Source of the DNA: Octopus bimaculoides
Lineage: Eukaryota
Assembly (NCBI RefSeq): GCF_001194135.2
Contig: NC_068993.1
Location: 60,101,672 to 60,165,671 of the forward strand
Length of the DNA: 64,000 bases
Reading direction: 5' to 3'
This document shows positions 40,989-52,745 of this stretch, piece after piece. The translations under genes were made by a program, and so were the position numbers. A model generated the notes under the pieces. It saw only the letters and a list, made by a program, of their open reading frames with translations, searched no databases and was not told where the DNA came from. The number at the start of each line of letters is the position of its first letter. Position 1 is the first letter of the stretch.

Positions 40989-41852
40989 AAATAAGAAAGA
41001 GGAGGAGGAGGAGGCGCAGAGATGATTATGATGAAGAAATTTTAGCGTCGGTCATAATAATAATAATAATTTGGACACATTTTCTTATATATATATATTG
41101 TTACTGTTGTTCTAATTTTAGTTGCTTTTGTCCATTATTGTTGTTGTTATTGCTATTGTTGCTTTGGCTGCTGCTGCTGAGGTTGGTGTGTTTGCTGTTG
41201 TTGTAGCTTATTTCCTTATTTTATCGCTATAACGCGATATTAGTTTTAAGCTCACTGAATGCTAAAACGGAAATATGAAAAATTTTCTATCCATCACGTT
41301 TGAAATACTTCAGACACTGACTCTCTCTCTCTCTCTCTCACACACACAAATGCACCCCCNNNNNNNNNNACACGCACACACACACACATACACACACACA
41401 CACACACACACGCACCTACATACATGCATGCACACACACGCGCACAAACAAACACACACTATTCCGTTCAAACACACCCATACATGCACAAATTCACATA
41501 TTCTCATACACAATTACACACATGTAAAAAAATAACCCTGCTGCTGCTGCTACTGATGATGATGATGATGATGATGATGATGACAATGATGGTGCTTTTT
41601 CTCTTAACCACAAGGGTTGATACAAGGATCGTGGATGGTGCAAGACGACTCAATGTGGAATTACATGCAGGACATGTAAATAGAAATGGAATAAAAGCAA
41701 AATAAATAAATAAAAATTCCCCCAAATTGGGGACACGCTCGTGGGGTACGCGATAAAAGGAGCAGTCACCCTGACCACTGAAGGCCCGTACCTAACTGTC
41801 CTTTTCCAATCTAGATGTTCATGTTTAGAGCAGGGCCATGCATTCAGACCTT

Positions 41853-42120
41853 GGTAAAGGTAGTAAAGGTAAAGTTAACTTTTCGAGTCATGACGACTCA
41901 TAAGAGCCTGGTTCCTTGTTTCAGTGGCATATATATTCTCCACCTGGATGGGACGCCGACCCGTTGCAGGATTACTCATTTTTGCCAGCTGAATGGACTG
42001 GAGTAACGTGAAATGAAGTGTTTTGATCAAGAGCACAACGCGTCACCCGATCCAGGAATCGAAACCAAAATCTTACGATCATGAGTCCAACACGCTAACC
42101 ACTAAGCCAGGTGTCTCCAC
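41853..42120 (-). mobile_element. Full-length tRNA-derived SINE with (ACCTTT)n tail
   Basis: Head gtggagacacctggcttagtgg (A box), gtttcgattcc (B box), CORE-like ttgatcaaaacacttcatttcacgttactccagtccattcagctg, 3' domain, tail ttactacctttacc. Confidence 0.85.
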
Positions 42121-42405
42121 ATTCAGACCTTGCTGCCACTCATCCACTTTTTCAACAAAGGAGGCAACACTTTCCTCGCCACCCTCACTTTCTTTTATAA
42201 GAGTGACTTGAAAAAGTTGTCGGTCAACGAGGGAGGTATTCGTCTTTAGCCTTTTAAATCTCATCAACTTCATAACCTCTTTGGCCAAAAGTGATGATAA
42301 GAATATAAACCCTGATAAGCTAGCGACTTATCCCGATTATTAAAATCCGTCGGCCCTATGTTTCGGTGCAGCCACTTCATACTCGGTGCCCGGCGCTCAT
42401 GGTAA

Positions 42406-42490
42406 AATTGGTTTCAAATATTTGCACAAGGCCAGCAATTTCGGGATGAGGCTGGGGGTGGGTGAAGCTGATTACATCGACCCCAGTGTA
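42406..42490 (-). mobile_element. OK-type SINE 3' fragment
   Basis: Reverse complement actggggtcgatgtaatc...aaattgctggccttgtgcaaatatttgaaacc. Confidence 0.7.
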
Positions 42491-42707
42491 TCTATGAGTG
42501 TGTGTACCTGTATGTGTATGCGTGTGTGTGTGTTTTAAAATTTGTGCTAAGATTTTAAGTATTGTTCGACAACTCATACTCTGTATTGAGTCCTCTATTC
42601 AGCAAACGCTCTGTTATTCTAAGACTCGCTTTAAAAGGATAATCTTGACATTTGTATGTGGGTATACATACACACACACATATGTATGTGTGTTCATATA
42701 CATACAT

Positions 42708-42802
<95 letters not shown>

Positions 42803-42998
42803 TTCTTGTCGAATTTTGTATACGCCTGGTTTACGAATATATGCGTGAACAAGAAGTAAGGCTTATGTGTTTGTGCAAGTGCCTGAGTATATACGGGTGT
42901 ATATGTGTATGTGTTTGTGACTCTTAATGTATGTGCGTTTGCTTGCTATGTGTCGCACGCGCGCGTGTGCATCTGTGTGTGTGAGTGAGAGGAAGAGT

Positions 42999-43043
<45 letters not shown>

Positions 43044-43308
43044 AAGAAAGAAAGAGACAGTGTGTGCAATTCACGTGCAGCAGACAGAGTTCCAGCCGGG
43101 AATTATTACAAACGACATCTTTAGCTTTCAGGGATATTGTAGATGGCGCCTTCGAATGACTTACAATTGGGGCCTTAAATTATTCATAATTCTCTCGCCA
43201 CTTAGAGGCTTTCCTTTATGTCCCTTCTCCTCCTCCTTCTTCTCTTCGAACGTCTGCCCGTCTCAAATACCTTTCTCGTACCAATAGCGAACGCGTGTCT
43301 ATCCTTTA

Positions 43309-43354
<46 letters not shown>

Positions 43355-43793
43355 TATATATATATGGAAAGAAATAGAGAGTGAGAGAAAGACTGGTGTA
43401 TATAAATATTTTGAAATAAATATATGCAGGCAAACAATTTAATATACTAGTAAACAACGTAGATTTTGTAGATATTTAATATTTAATAAAATATCCAATA
43501 AATTCTCTTGAAATTAGGCGCAAGATTTCGCTTCAGCGAAATAAGGGCAACAAGATTTCCAAGTCCGGAGATTCAAACAGGAGGAAACTATCCTTAATCG
43601 AAAATATATAGAAACGAAATTACAGTTCACGAATTATCACCAATAGATTACTGTTAATAACAAACATTTAAAGCGCTCGACTTATGATTATTCTAATTCA
43701 GTTTATGATTGATGTAGAATATTCATATTGAACAAGTTCCAAAAACTTCGTAGGCAATAGATCTACTGAGGTATGTATGAATGCAGTTATAAT

Positions 43794-44156
43794 CTTTTAC
43801 TTGTTTCAGTCATTTGACTGCGGCCATGCTGGAGCACTGCCTTTAGTTGAAGAAATGGACCCCACGACTTATTCTTTGTAAGCTTAGTGTTTATTCTATT
43901 GGTTTCTTGCGCCGAACCGCTAAGTTGCGGGGACGTAAACACACTAGCATCGGTTGTCGAGCGATGGTGGAAGAAGAAACACAGACACACAAATATATAT
44001 ATATTTGTTACTCATTTTTGCCAGCTGAGTGGACTGGAGCAACGTGAAATGAAGTGTTTTGCTCAAGAACACAACGCGTCACCCGGTCCAGGAATCGAAA
44101 CCACAATCTTACGATCATGGTGCTGACACCCTAACCACTAAGCCACGCGTCTCCAC
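43794..44156 (-). mobile_element. Chimeric SINE: 41853-family head and core, (AT)n, OR-type tail
   Basis: 44008-44156 matches 41970-42120; 43794-43990 matches the reverse complement of 57339-57535. Confidence 0.8.
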
Positions 44157-44316
44157 AATCCTCTGTATAGAACATCCAATATTACCAATGAATAACGAAA
44201 AATTCGTAGATACCAGACTTACTCAAAAATGTTTGCATCTATACATTTAAATATGCTAATACGACCTCTCAACTACACTGCATATAGTGAGAGCGGATTT
44301 AAAAACTGCCTTAACT

Positions 44317-44362
44317 ATATTCTTCCTGATGAGCAATCTAAGTGAAACGTTGCATCGAATAT
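44317..44362 (+). ncRNA. Decayed minimal hammerhead motif
   Basis: atattc(ttc) CUGAUGA gc-aatctaa-gt GAAAC g-ttg-c atc gaatat; two CpG-type transitions would restore gc/gc and GUC. Confidence 0.45.
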
Positions 44363-45329
44363 TTAGAGAGTTTCTCAGATGTTTTGCTTCATATACAGTA
44401 ATATATATATCATGTTGTTTCACAGTGTATCAAAATGTATACATGCCTACATCTGTTGTCTACCAAACGGCCACAATTCGTCCAAGATATTGAGATATTT
44501 TAATTAAATATTTATGAATCGAATAGTTGCAATATTGATTATATTATGAGATAGAAATAGAATATATGTGTGCGTATGTAATGTATGTATTCATATATAG
44601 TATACATATATATCTTTATGCGAGGTGTTTGTGTGTGTCTATACGTGTACGTAAGCATGTACGCTTATGTGTTTCGGAACACATCGCTCCGTACAGCCAT
44701 TGTAGTAGTCACGCTTTGCTCAATATTCTTAAATAGAGTTACAATAATGTAATCTCCATAGCTTCTACTGCATATAACCAAGATAGACTAGGAAATATGA
44801 ATGTTAAATTTAAAATAAATACAATTATATACATTCGCATATCGAATTGTAAAGAATTGTGAAACTGTATATGCATTGGCTGCATTCTATACCCTTGGCT
44901 AGAAGTCTCACTGATTCGAGACCGATTCTCATTTCAAAGAGAGGTGTGGGGGAAAAATTTTGATATCATTCATATATTGTTCAGATTGAACCATTATCAC
45001 CGACCAAAAAGGACAGAAAATAACGTACTAGATAGAGAATTATGCCCGGTAACCCAATCAGTGTGTTTGTATCTGATACCTATTTCTTGGAAAGGTGTAA
45101 TAGACTTACAGTGATTATGACAATTAGGAGATCAACCGGAAAATAAATTGTAGGGTAACGGTTATGATTGCCGTTGTTGGCGGATTTGTTATTTAGTCAA
45201 CAAATTGTCATGATCGAGAAATATTATAATTAACATTTCCAGCCGCTACCACCTTCATTATATTTTACGACGCAGTGTATGTCGAGTAACATTTATGTCA
45301 TCAACTGCAGTTGGTCAACCGTCAAGTAC

Positions 45330-45370
45330 TGTACTGATGATGCCTATTCGGGCAGAAACACATGTCCACA
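45330..45370 (+). ncRNA. Minimal type I hammerhead motif
   Basis: CUGAUGA 45334-45340; helix II tgcct/gggca; GAAAC-ACAU-GUC; helix I only 3 of 4 bp. Confidence 0.6.
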
Positions 45371-45651
45371 TATCTCTAACAAAAAAAAAAAAAGATTAAG
45401 CAAACATGTTTTGCTACAATGACATGTCAATTCCGGAAAATTTTTCAGATTGTCCCGGTCGACTCTGAAGTGAAGGAAATTTTAAAAGGAAAAAGGAATC
45501 TAATATAACTTAATCCGTCTTTGTTATCCGAATTCATACCATCAGCCACTTTGTGTTACTTTTCATAGAATATATATATATATATATATATAAAGGCACG
45601 CTAGTAAAATCATGGGCCATTGCGTCTCCACATATACATATGTGTGTGTAC

Positions 45652-45696
<45 letters not shown>

Positions 45697-46170
45697 AGGA
45701 TGATGGAGACTCGCGTCGAGAATGTGGTATGCGTAAGAAAAACGATAACATAATTCATAAAAGCTGATAAAATTATAAACGACCAATCATAAAATGGATA
45801 ACTATGTGGTAAAATTGGTAGAATTTGAATATAATTTATGCATTTATTAAGTTGGAATTAAGTTAAATTACGATTTGAGATTAACTTTTATTTGGAGAGG
45901 CCAAACCCAGGCTTACATTGCAGCTCTCGTGTCTCTGTCCCGTTGGACTTTAGTATGGACCGCAAGGCTAGAGTAGGATCTGCAGTTGTGATGAAACATC
46001 CGGAAGACCTATTAACTTCCGAAAAACTGCACCTTTGAGCCCTGTCTCAAAGTCCCTATTTACTGCAGTCAACGTACATAGCACCAAATCATATCAAATG
46101 CGACTGCTGTACTTCATTGCGTCTGTAGATAAACATCATTATATTGTATATATTTATATACCTCATAATG

Positions 46171-46227
<57 letters not shown>

Positions 46228-46971
46228 CAATGCCAATTTTCTGTAATATCTCACTCTTTATCGTTTTTTTGTCCTTCGTTAATCCTTCTTCCATTTGCCT
46301 TTCCTTTATAACTATGACTTGTGAAATATTCATCATTTATTGTGTTTTGTCGTAAAATACGTTTTTGTTAGCAATTGAACAAATCATTTCATTATGTTTC
46401 GTCACGCTGTTGATGACATCCATAAGGGATTTTCACCTGATAAGTAGGAAGTCGCGTAGGCGAAGCGTGAATTCTTTCAAATGCTAATAAAGCATTTGAC
46501 GATAACAAACAAGTATTAGAAAAAAAAATAGCACAACTAAATGTCTTCGTTAACAAGAACAAATTCTCTAGAAAATAAAAGTGCTAAATGCAGTTTCGGA
46601 AACTGAAACTCAAAGATCTTCTACACAGGTAACCTACTACCGGGATCAAAGGTACTAATATTCCGAAAGCATTCTAGATATAACTATTTGAATGTAAAAT
46701 GCAAAACAAAGGGGAAAAACAGCACAACTGCACCAGTAAGGATAAACATGGCTGACAGAATAGACGGTGATTGGGTGCATTCGTTTTCTGAGCATCAGAC
46801 TAATTATTTGCGGTGTTTAGCTATTTATAATACGTATGTTAAGTGACGTTAGCTAACAATTGATTATATCGGTTGGGTTTACTGACTGAGTTCCCTCCCG
46901 TATGTGGATCCAAACCTTTCCACATGTGTGTATGTATATGTATAAATGTATGTGTGTGTGTGTGTGTGTGA

Positions 46972-47025
<54 letters not shown>

Positions 47026-47037
47026 ATATATATATTC

Positions 47038-47153
47038 TTTTTACAAGAATAAAGTTGACAGTGATTTCGAAGTTTCAGCCTTCATCTGAAGTCCGATGAA
47101 TACTAACCGACGGAAACTTCGAAGACACTCTCAATAACACTATTCTTGTAAAA
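47038..47153. repeat. Imperfect inverted repeat of about 40 bp with hammerhead-like half-motifs
   Basis: ttttacaagaata..tgacagtgatttcgaagtttc versus the reverse complement of gaaacttcgaagacactctca..tattcttgtaaaa. Confidence 0.75.
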
Positions 47154-47330
47154 GTACATACACACACACATCCATACATAAATACTTATATACGTACATA
47201 CATACATACATACATACATACACCCATATATATATATTGGATCATGCTGCCTGATTACCAACCTACTAAAACAGGAGAATGAAATTTAGTAAACTGTAGA
47301 AAGATTTTTGTAAGGAGACGCTTTACTATC

Positions 47331-47378
47331 GACGCCCAACAGCCACGCCCAACAGCCACGCCCAACTTTCCAGCCAAT
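47331..47378 (+). promoter_or_regulatory. Tandem GC-box-like ccacgccc (13-bp unit) followed by CCAAT
   Basis: gacgcccaac agccacgcccaac agccacgcccaac ...agccaat; motif match only. Confidence 0.3.
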
Positions 47379-48024
47379 ATATTACTGAATCTTCAAGTTA
47401 AATACTCGCTGACACACTAAACAGATCGATTGATTACTTTAAATGTCAGTCTGTAAATTTAAGCTTCCTGGATATAGAGCCTCAATGAAGGAACCAATTT
47501 GTTTCGTTTGAGAATTAAGGACCAGCAGGTCTAGTCAATCAACAACAGGAGGGAATGTCTCAATTAAACAGGAATAAGTTGCTGTGTGGAACAGAACTTT
47601 AAATAGAATGGTTTGGAGGAATTCTTATAAACGCGAATAATGAAAATATCGAAATTCTCGCTGAATTGGGCATCGATGTAAGTTCAGGCCTTGTTGCTAT
47701 AGAATATAGGATTATTATTGGAGGTCTTCAATAGAAGCCACCTTTATAGACTTTGTCGGATGTCAGTGACATAGAGGAATTCAGAAAAACTGATACAGCT
47801 CTGCTTTGCAAAATTACTTGCCCAGCGTTGGTGAAGCCTTCTCTTACAACTTGAATGTTATTCCCAGGTCAAGGTTGGATGGATCGAGAAGGCATCTGTC
47901 TTTACTCGCAACTAAATGGACATTTTACATTAAACCGCGACCGATAAAAATTACGTTCAATTAATTACATGATTAGTTAAGTAGGGGCATCAAAACGACA
48001 CAAATACACACACACATGTACAGA

Positions 48025-48077
<53 letters not shown>

Positions 48078-48087
48078 NNNNNNNNNN

Positions 48088-48127
<40 letters not shown>

Positions 48128-48591
48128 CATGAATATGTGTATGTGTATGTACATGTGTGTCATACCGCCACACTTTTAAACGCACACATGTGTAGATACA
48201 CATGAGCATAGATACGCCTACATGTGCATTTCTTGTGTATATAAGTGTGTGTATGTGGACGTTACATCTTGTCCATCTTAAACCTAATTACCAAGATAGA
48301 ATTCACTAATTTTAATGCTAATTTACTCTCAGAATTCTTCGGCTTTCAGTATAGTTCAGTCAATGTTGTGGTGTTAATATATATCTTTCTTTAATCCATG
48401 TGGCACTAAGATAGTGAGCATACTAGTGTTGATAGTCAATCTCTCGGTCAACATTTGCAGGATTAACTGGATTAACATTCGACTTTCTTAATCATTATTG
48501 AAATATTGCCCTTATCTGATTAAAATTTTGTCATCTTCCAATTTTATCACTTACTAGCTTGCAGACAACACTTAGCTCTCTCTTTCTCCCC

Positions 48592-48646
<55 letters not shown>

Positions 48647-48869
48647 AAACACACATAAACACATGCGCGCACGAACACAGACACACACATATAAAAGGCA
48701 AAGGCCCACAACCTTAGAATCTACAACGCTGCTCACAGCACTTAAACTTACTCAACTTCCCCAGCCACTCGCCTACGAACCTATTCTTACCTACACAGAC
48801 CCTTCTCACCAGCTCTCTTCGAATTCGAGTTCTACCGCTAGAAATAGCAACTAAATCACACAATTAAAT

Positions 48870-49193
48870 CAGACTGCGGCCATGCTGGGACACCTCCTTG
48901 AAGAGGTTTTAGTCGAAGAAATCGATCCCAACACTTGTTTTCTCTTTTTAAACTTGGTACTTATTGTATCGCCCTCTTTCTTGCCGAACCGCTAAGTTAA
49001 TGGGGACGTAAACACACTAACACCAGTTGTCAAGAGGTGGTGGGGGACAAACACAAACACACAAATACATACACAAACACACACACACACGTATATATAT
49101 ATATATACATGTCAATGTATGTATATGACGAGCTTTTCCGTCAACCAAATCTACTCACAAGGATTTGGTTGGCTCGAGGCTATAGTAGAAGAC
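48870..49193 (-). mobile_element. OR-type SINE lacking its head
   Basis: gccgaaccgctaagtt..gacgtaaacac..gttgtcaag, then a microsatellite, then ccaaatctactcacaagg..gaggctatagtagaagac. Confidence 0.85.
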
Positions 49194-49242
49194 AATGGTG
49201 ACGTTGATAGTTGTAATGGAGAAGGAGGTGAATATGTAAAAT

Positions 49243-49567
49243 CAGTAATTCTCAACGAGGGTCCAATAAAAGACTTTGGTGGGGTCCACTCAGGCAAAAC
49301 AGTAAATTGAGGACCCACCATAGTATATTAAGGGGTCCATGAGAAAATTTCTTTCTCTAACGATTTCGTTCAACATGCTTTTGGCCACTGAAGCATGTCC
49401 CCTCAGAAAGGTCTTTTGCAAACCTCCACAAGGGAAATGGTGGAAAACAAAATTAGAATTTCGAAATTGGAAGCTAGTTTTTTAAACACGGAATGTCTAT
49501 GGGATCTGCCAGAATAGAATAGCAGTCAATGGGGCCCACAGATAAAAGAAATGGCTGAGGGCCTCTG
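49243..49567. mobile_element. Old hAT-type MITE
   Basis: cagtaattctcaac start and atggctgagggcctctg end resemble the 1621 element; no TSD left. Confidence 0.55.
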
Positions 49568-49680
49568 ATGTGGGAAATTGAGAGGATGACATCGACTATA
49601 ATGATGTGGTAGTGGATTAGGAAAATGAAAGTGCTTGTGAAGAGTTATCCGAACGCAGAATGCCATATAAACGTTAAAAC

Positions 49681-49711
<31 letters not shown>

Positions 49712-49740
49712 AGGGTGATTGTTATAGTGGTGGTGGTGAT

Positions 49741-49905
49741 GAACTGGCACTCCGTCGGTTACGGCGATCAGTGTTCTAGTTGACCCAAATCACGTGAACA
49801 GCTTGCTCGTGAAATTGACGTGCAAGGGGGCTGAGTGAACTGGAGCAACGTGAAATAAATTGTGAGAATCGAACTCACACCCTTACGATCGGGAGCGAAG
49901 TGCCC
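49741..49905 (-). mobile_element. Deleted SINE sharing the CORE-like block, with a different 3' domain
   Basis: actggagcaacgtgaaat is shared with 44030; gaatcgaactc is a B box on the minus strand; distinct tail ending acggagtgccag. Confidence 0.6.
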
Positions 49906-50150
49906 TTTCCTCTGAACTCCTCGTCTTTTCGGCGGTGGCGACGACGATCAAGAAGAACATACAAACTTCGTACCAACACCAGTACATTACTGAGGATAAT
50001 AAAGACATGGCTGTTGTCATTTTTGTAGTTGTTGTAGATGCTGTGGTTCTTGTTGTTGTTGTTGCTATTGTAGAAGTACTTGTTGTTGTTGTTGCTGTTT
50101 TAGAAGTTCTTGTTGTTGTTGTTGTTCTAGTGTTGATGAGATTCCTGCGT

Positions 50151-50374
50151 CGATGTTGCTGTTTAGCCCCCGGTCTGTATTGACAGAACAGACGAATAAT
50201 TAACGGCATTCTCACTCATTACCATTCTGCCGTTCTCTCGTGTCTGTCGCACCTGGGACGGCTTCATTCGAAGCATTTTTACAAAAACACACGCACGCCG
50301 CACTTTACCAGAAGGTAAAGTGCAATTTGACGGAGATTTGGCTGTTATTTCTAGTACGTCGATTAACCACGAAG
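50151..50374 (-). mobile_element. Copy of the (CAA)n-tailed repeat
   Basis: gttgctgtttagcccccgg tail; gagatttggctgttatttctagtacgtcga head. Confidence 0.65.
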
Positions 50375-50862
50375 CGAAACCATTTTCTAGGTCGATGTTG
50401 ATGACGAAGTTGATGATGAAAGATGTAGATCACAGATAATACAGGTAAAGTTGATGGCTTGACTGCTGCTGCTGTTGATGCTGCTGCTGCTGATTGTAGT
50501 GGGGGTAATGGTGATAATGGTGATGATGATGATGCTTACCAACAATAACAACAATAACAACAATAACAACAATAACAACAATAACAACACACTTATGTCT
50601 GTCACATAAGTATCCGTTTAAACTAATTAAGATTGGTGAGAAGCGAAGATGACAGAACGTAGAAGATACGTTAATATAACCACATACATACATATAGACA
50701 TACATTCATGCATACACACGCCAACTCTGTATATGTGTGTGTTTATGCATCTATGTATATATGTATGTTTGTAATTAGATGTATTCCTGTCAATGAAATA
50801 AATGTCTCGTTTAGACGAATTAAGATATGTTCTGGCAGTTCTATATGTGTCTACATATATGC

Positions 50863-50910
<48 letters not shown>

Positions 50911-51759
50911 CTTTCTTGGAATTGTAAGATTTCTCTTTGAATATCTTTCCTGCAGAAAGTTTCACAAAGTCTGTAAAAGAAGATCTGTTGNNNNNNNNNN
51001 NNNNNNNNNNNNNNNNNNNNNNNNNNNNNNNNNNNNNNNNNNNNNNNNNNNNNNNNNNNNNNNNNNNNNNNNNNNNNNNNNNNNNNNNNNNNNNNNNNNN
51101 NNNNNNNNNNNNNNNNNNNNNNNNNNNNNNNNNNNNNNNNNNNNNNNNNNNNNNNNNNNNNNNNNNNNNNNNNNNNNNNNNNNNNNNNNNNNNNNNNNNN
51201 NNNNNNNNNNNNNNNNNNNNNNNNNNNNNNNNNNNNNNNNNNNNNNNNNNNNNNNNNNNNNNNNNNNNNNNNNNNNNNNNNNNNNNNNNNNNNNNNNNNN
51301 NNNNNNNNNNNNNNNNNNNNNNNNNNNNNNNNNNNNNNNNNNNNNNNNNNNNNNNNNNNNNNNNNNNNNNNNNNNNNNNNNNNNNNNNNNNNNNNNNNNN
51401 NNNNNNNNNNNNNNNNNNNNNNNNNNNNNNNNNNNNNNNNNNNNNNNNNNNNNNNNNNNNNNNNNNNNNNNNNNNNNNNNNNNNNNNNNNNNNNNNNNNN
51501 NNNNNNNNNNNNNNNNNNNNNNNNNNNNNNNNNNNNNNNNNNNNNNNNNNNNNNNNNNNNNNNNNNNNNNNNNNNNNNNNNNNNNNNNNNNNNNNNNNNN
51601 NNNNNNNNNNNNNNNNNNNNNNNNNNNNNNNNNNNNNNNNNNNNNNNNNNNNNNNNNNNNNNNNNNNNNNNNNNNNNNNNNNNNNNNNNNNNNNNNNNNN
51701 NNNNNNNNNNNNNNNNNGTGGCAAATAAATGAAATCATTATTGTTGTTGTCGTTTTTAA

Positions 51760-51960
51760 GGCGGCGACCTGGCAAAGTCGTTAGCACTCTGCACGAAATG
51801 CTTAGCTGTGTTTCGTTCACCGCTACCTTCTGAGTTCAAATTCTGCTGAGGTCGACTTGGCCGTTCATCGATAAAATAAGGACCAGTGAAACACTGGGGG
51901 TCGATGTAATCGACTTATCCCTTTCGCCAAAATGGCTGCCCCTTGTGGCAAAATTTGAAA

Positions 51961-51990
<30 letters not shown>
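51760..51990 (+). mobile_element. OK-type SINE with (ATT)n tail
   Basis: ggcggcgacctggcaaagtcgttagcac...gagttcaaattc...ctgggggtcgatgtaatcgac. Confidence 0.88.
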
Positions 51991-51991
<1 letters not shown>

Positions 51992-52642
51992 CATCATCAC
52001 TATCATCAAAGAAGTAATCTGTTCCAGTATGTGAACTTTCATTCTAATACTTAGGTTCCTCAGAAAGGTCCGCTTTTAGACACATTTTTATTTCGAGTAA
52101 TTATATTTATTCCGAAATTACTTCTCATTGTAGCAGAGCGACCCAATACAATAACAGATAAGAATGAAAATAACAACGCAGATTTTAAACGGTAAATAAA
52201 ACAAGTTTAATTATATATGTAGACACATATATTTTGTCAAATGGAAAATGACATTTTAACAAATGAAAACAAATTCACTCGACACAAAGGTATTAGTGTT
52301 ACTAACCTAAAACCAGTTGCCAGAGAAAAACGTGGCAAACGTGCGTAACTAACACAAATAACTCCTTGCCTGAGGAATAGGCGAGGGTGAAAGTGACATA
52401 TCTCTTCTTTGGAAACAAGGAAGGAATTTCCATAATTTCTTAAAACAGCTGTTGAATCCGACAATATGGGATATATGGGAACATGTTTCTTCCATTGAAG
52501 TAAGGATGAAGCAATTAGACGAAGCTGGTGCATCGCACACTTCCCTATAAATTTGTGTCCCACTTCATAGGTCGTTGCAAAATGAGGAACCCGGCGAAGG
52601 CCATTAGTAGTGACACTGATGTTAGTTTGTTGTCACTTTTGC

Positions 52643-52745
52643 AGCCGTTCTGAGTTCAAATTCTGCCGAAGTTGACTTGGCCTTTTATCCTTCAAGGTCG
52701 ATAAAGTAAGTACCAGGTGAGCACTGGAGTCGGGAAGGAGTCGAC
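52643..52745 (+). mobile_element. OK-type SINE fragment
   Basis: gttctgagttcaaattctgccgaagttgacttggcc. Confidence 0.75.

Noticed and set aside
40926-40994. Poly-Lys ORF
   Set aside because: An (AAG)n microsatellite beside a gap.
41970-42120. tRNA genes at SINE heads (also 13197, 31576, 44156, 62956)
   Set aside because: A and B boxes are present, but there is no acceptor-stem closure and they run into SINE bodies.
45905-46060. Possible minus-strand exon ending at gtaagc
   Set aside because: Weak acceptors, two competing short frames and no recognisable product.
46431-46472. ttcac-ctgataa...gaagc-gtgaa motif
   Set aside because: Two core mismatches and no helix III or NUH site.
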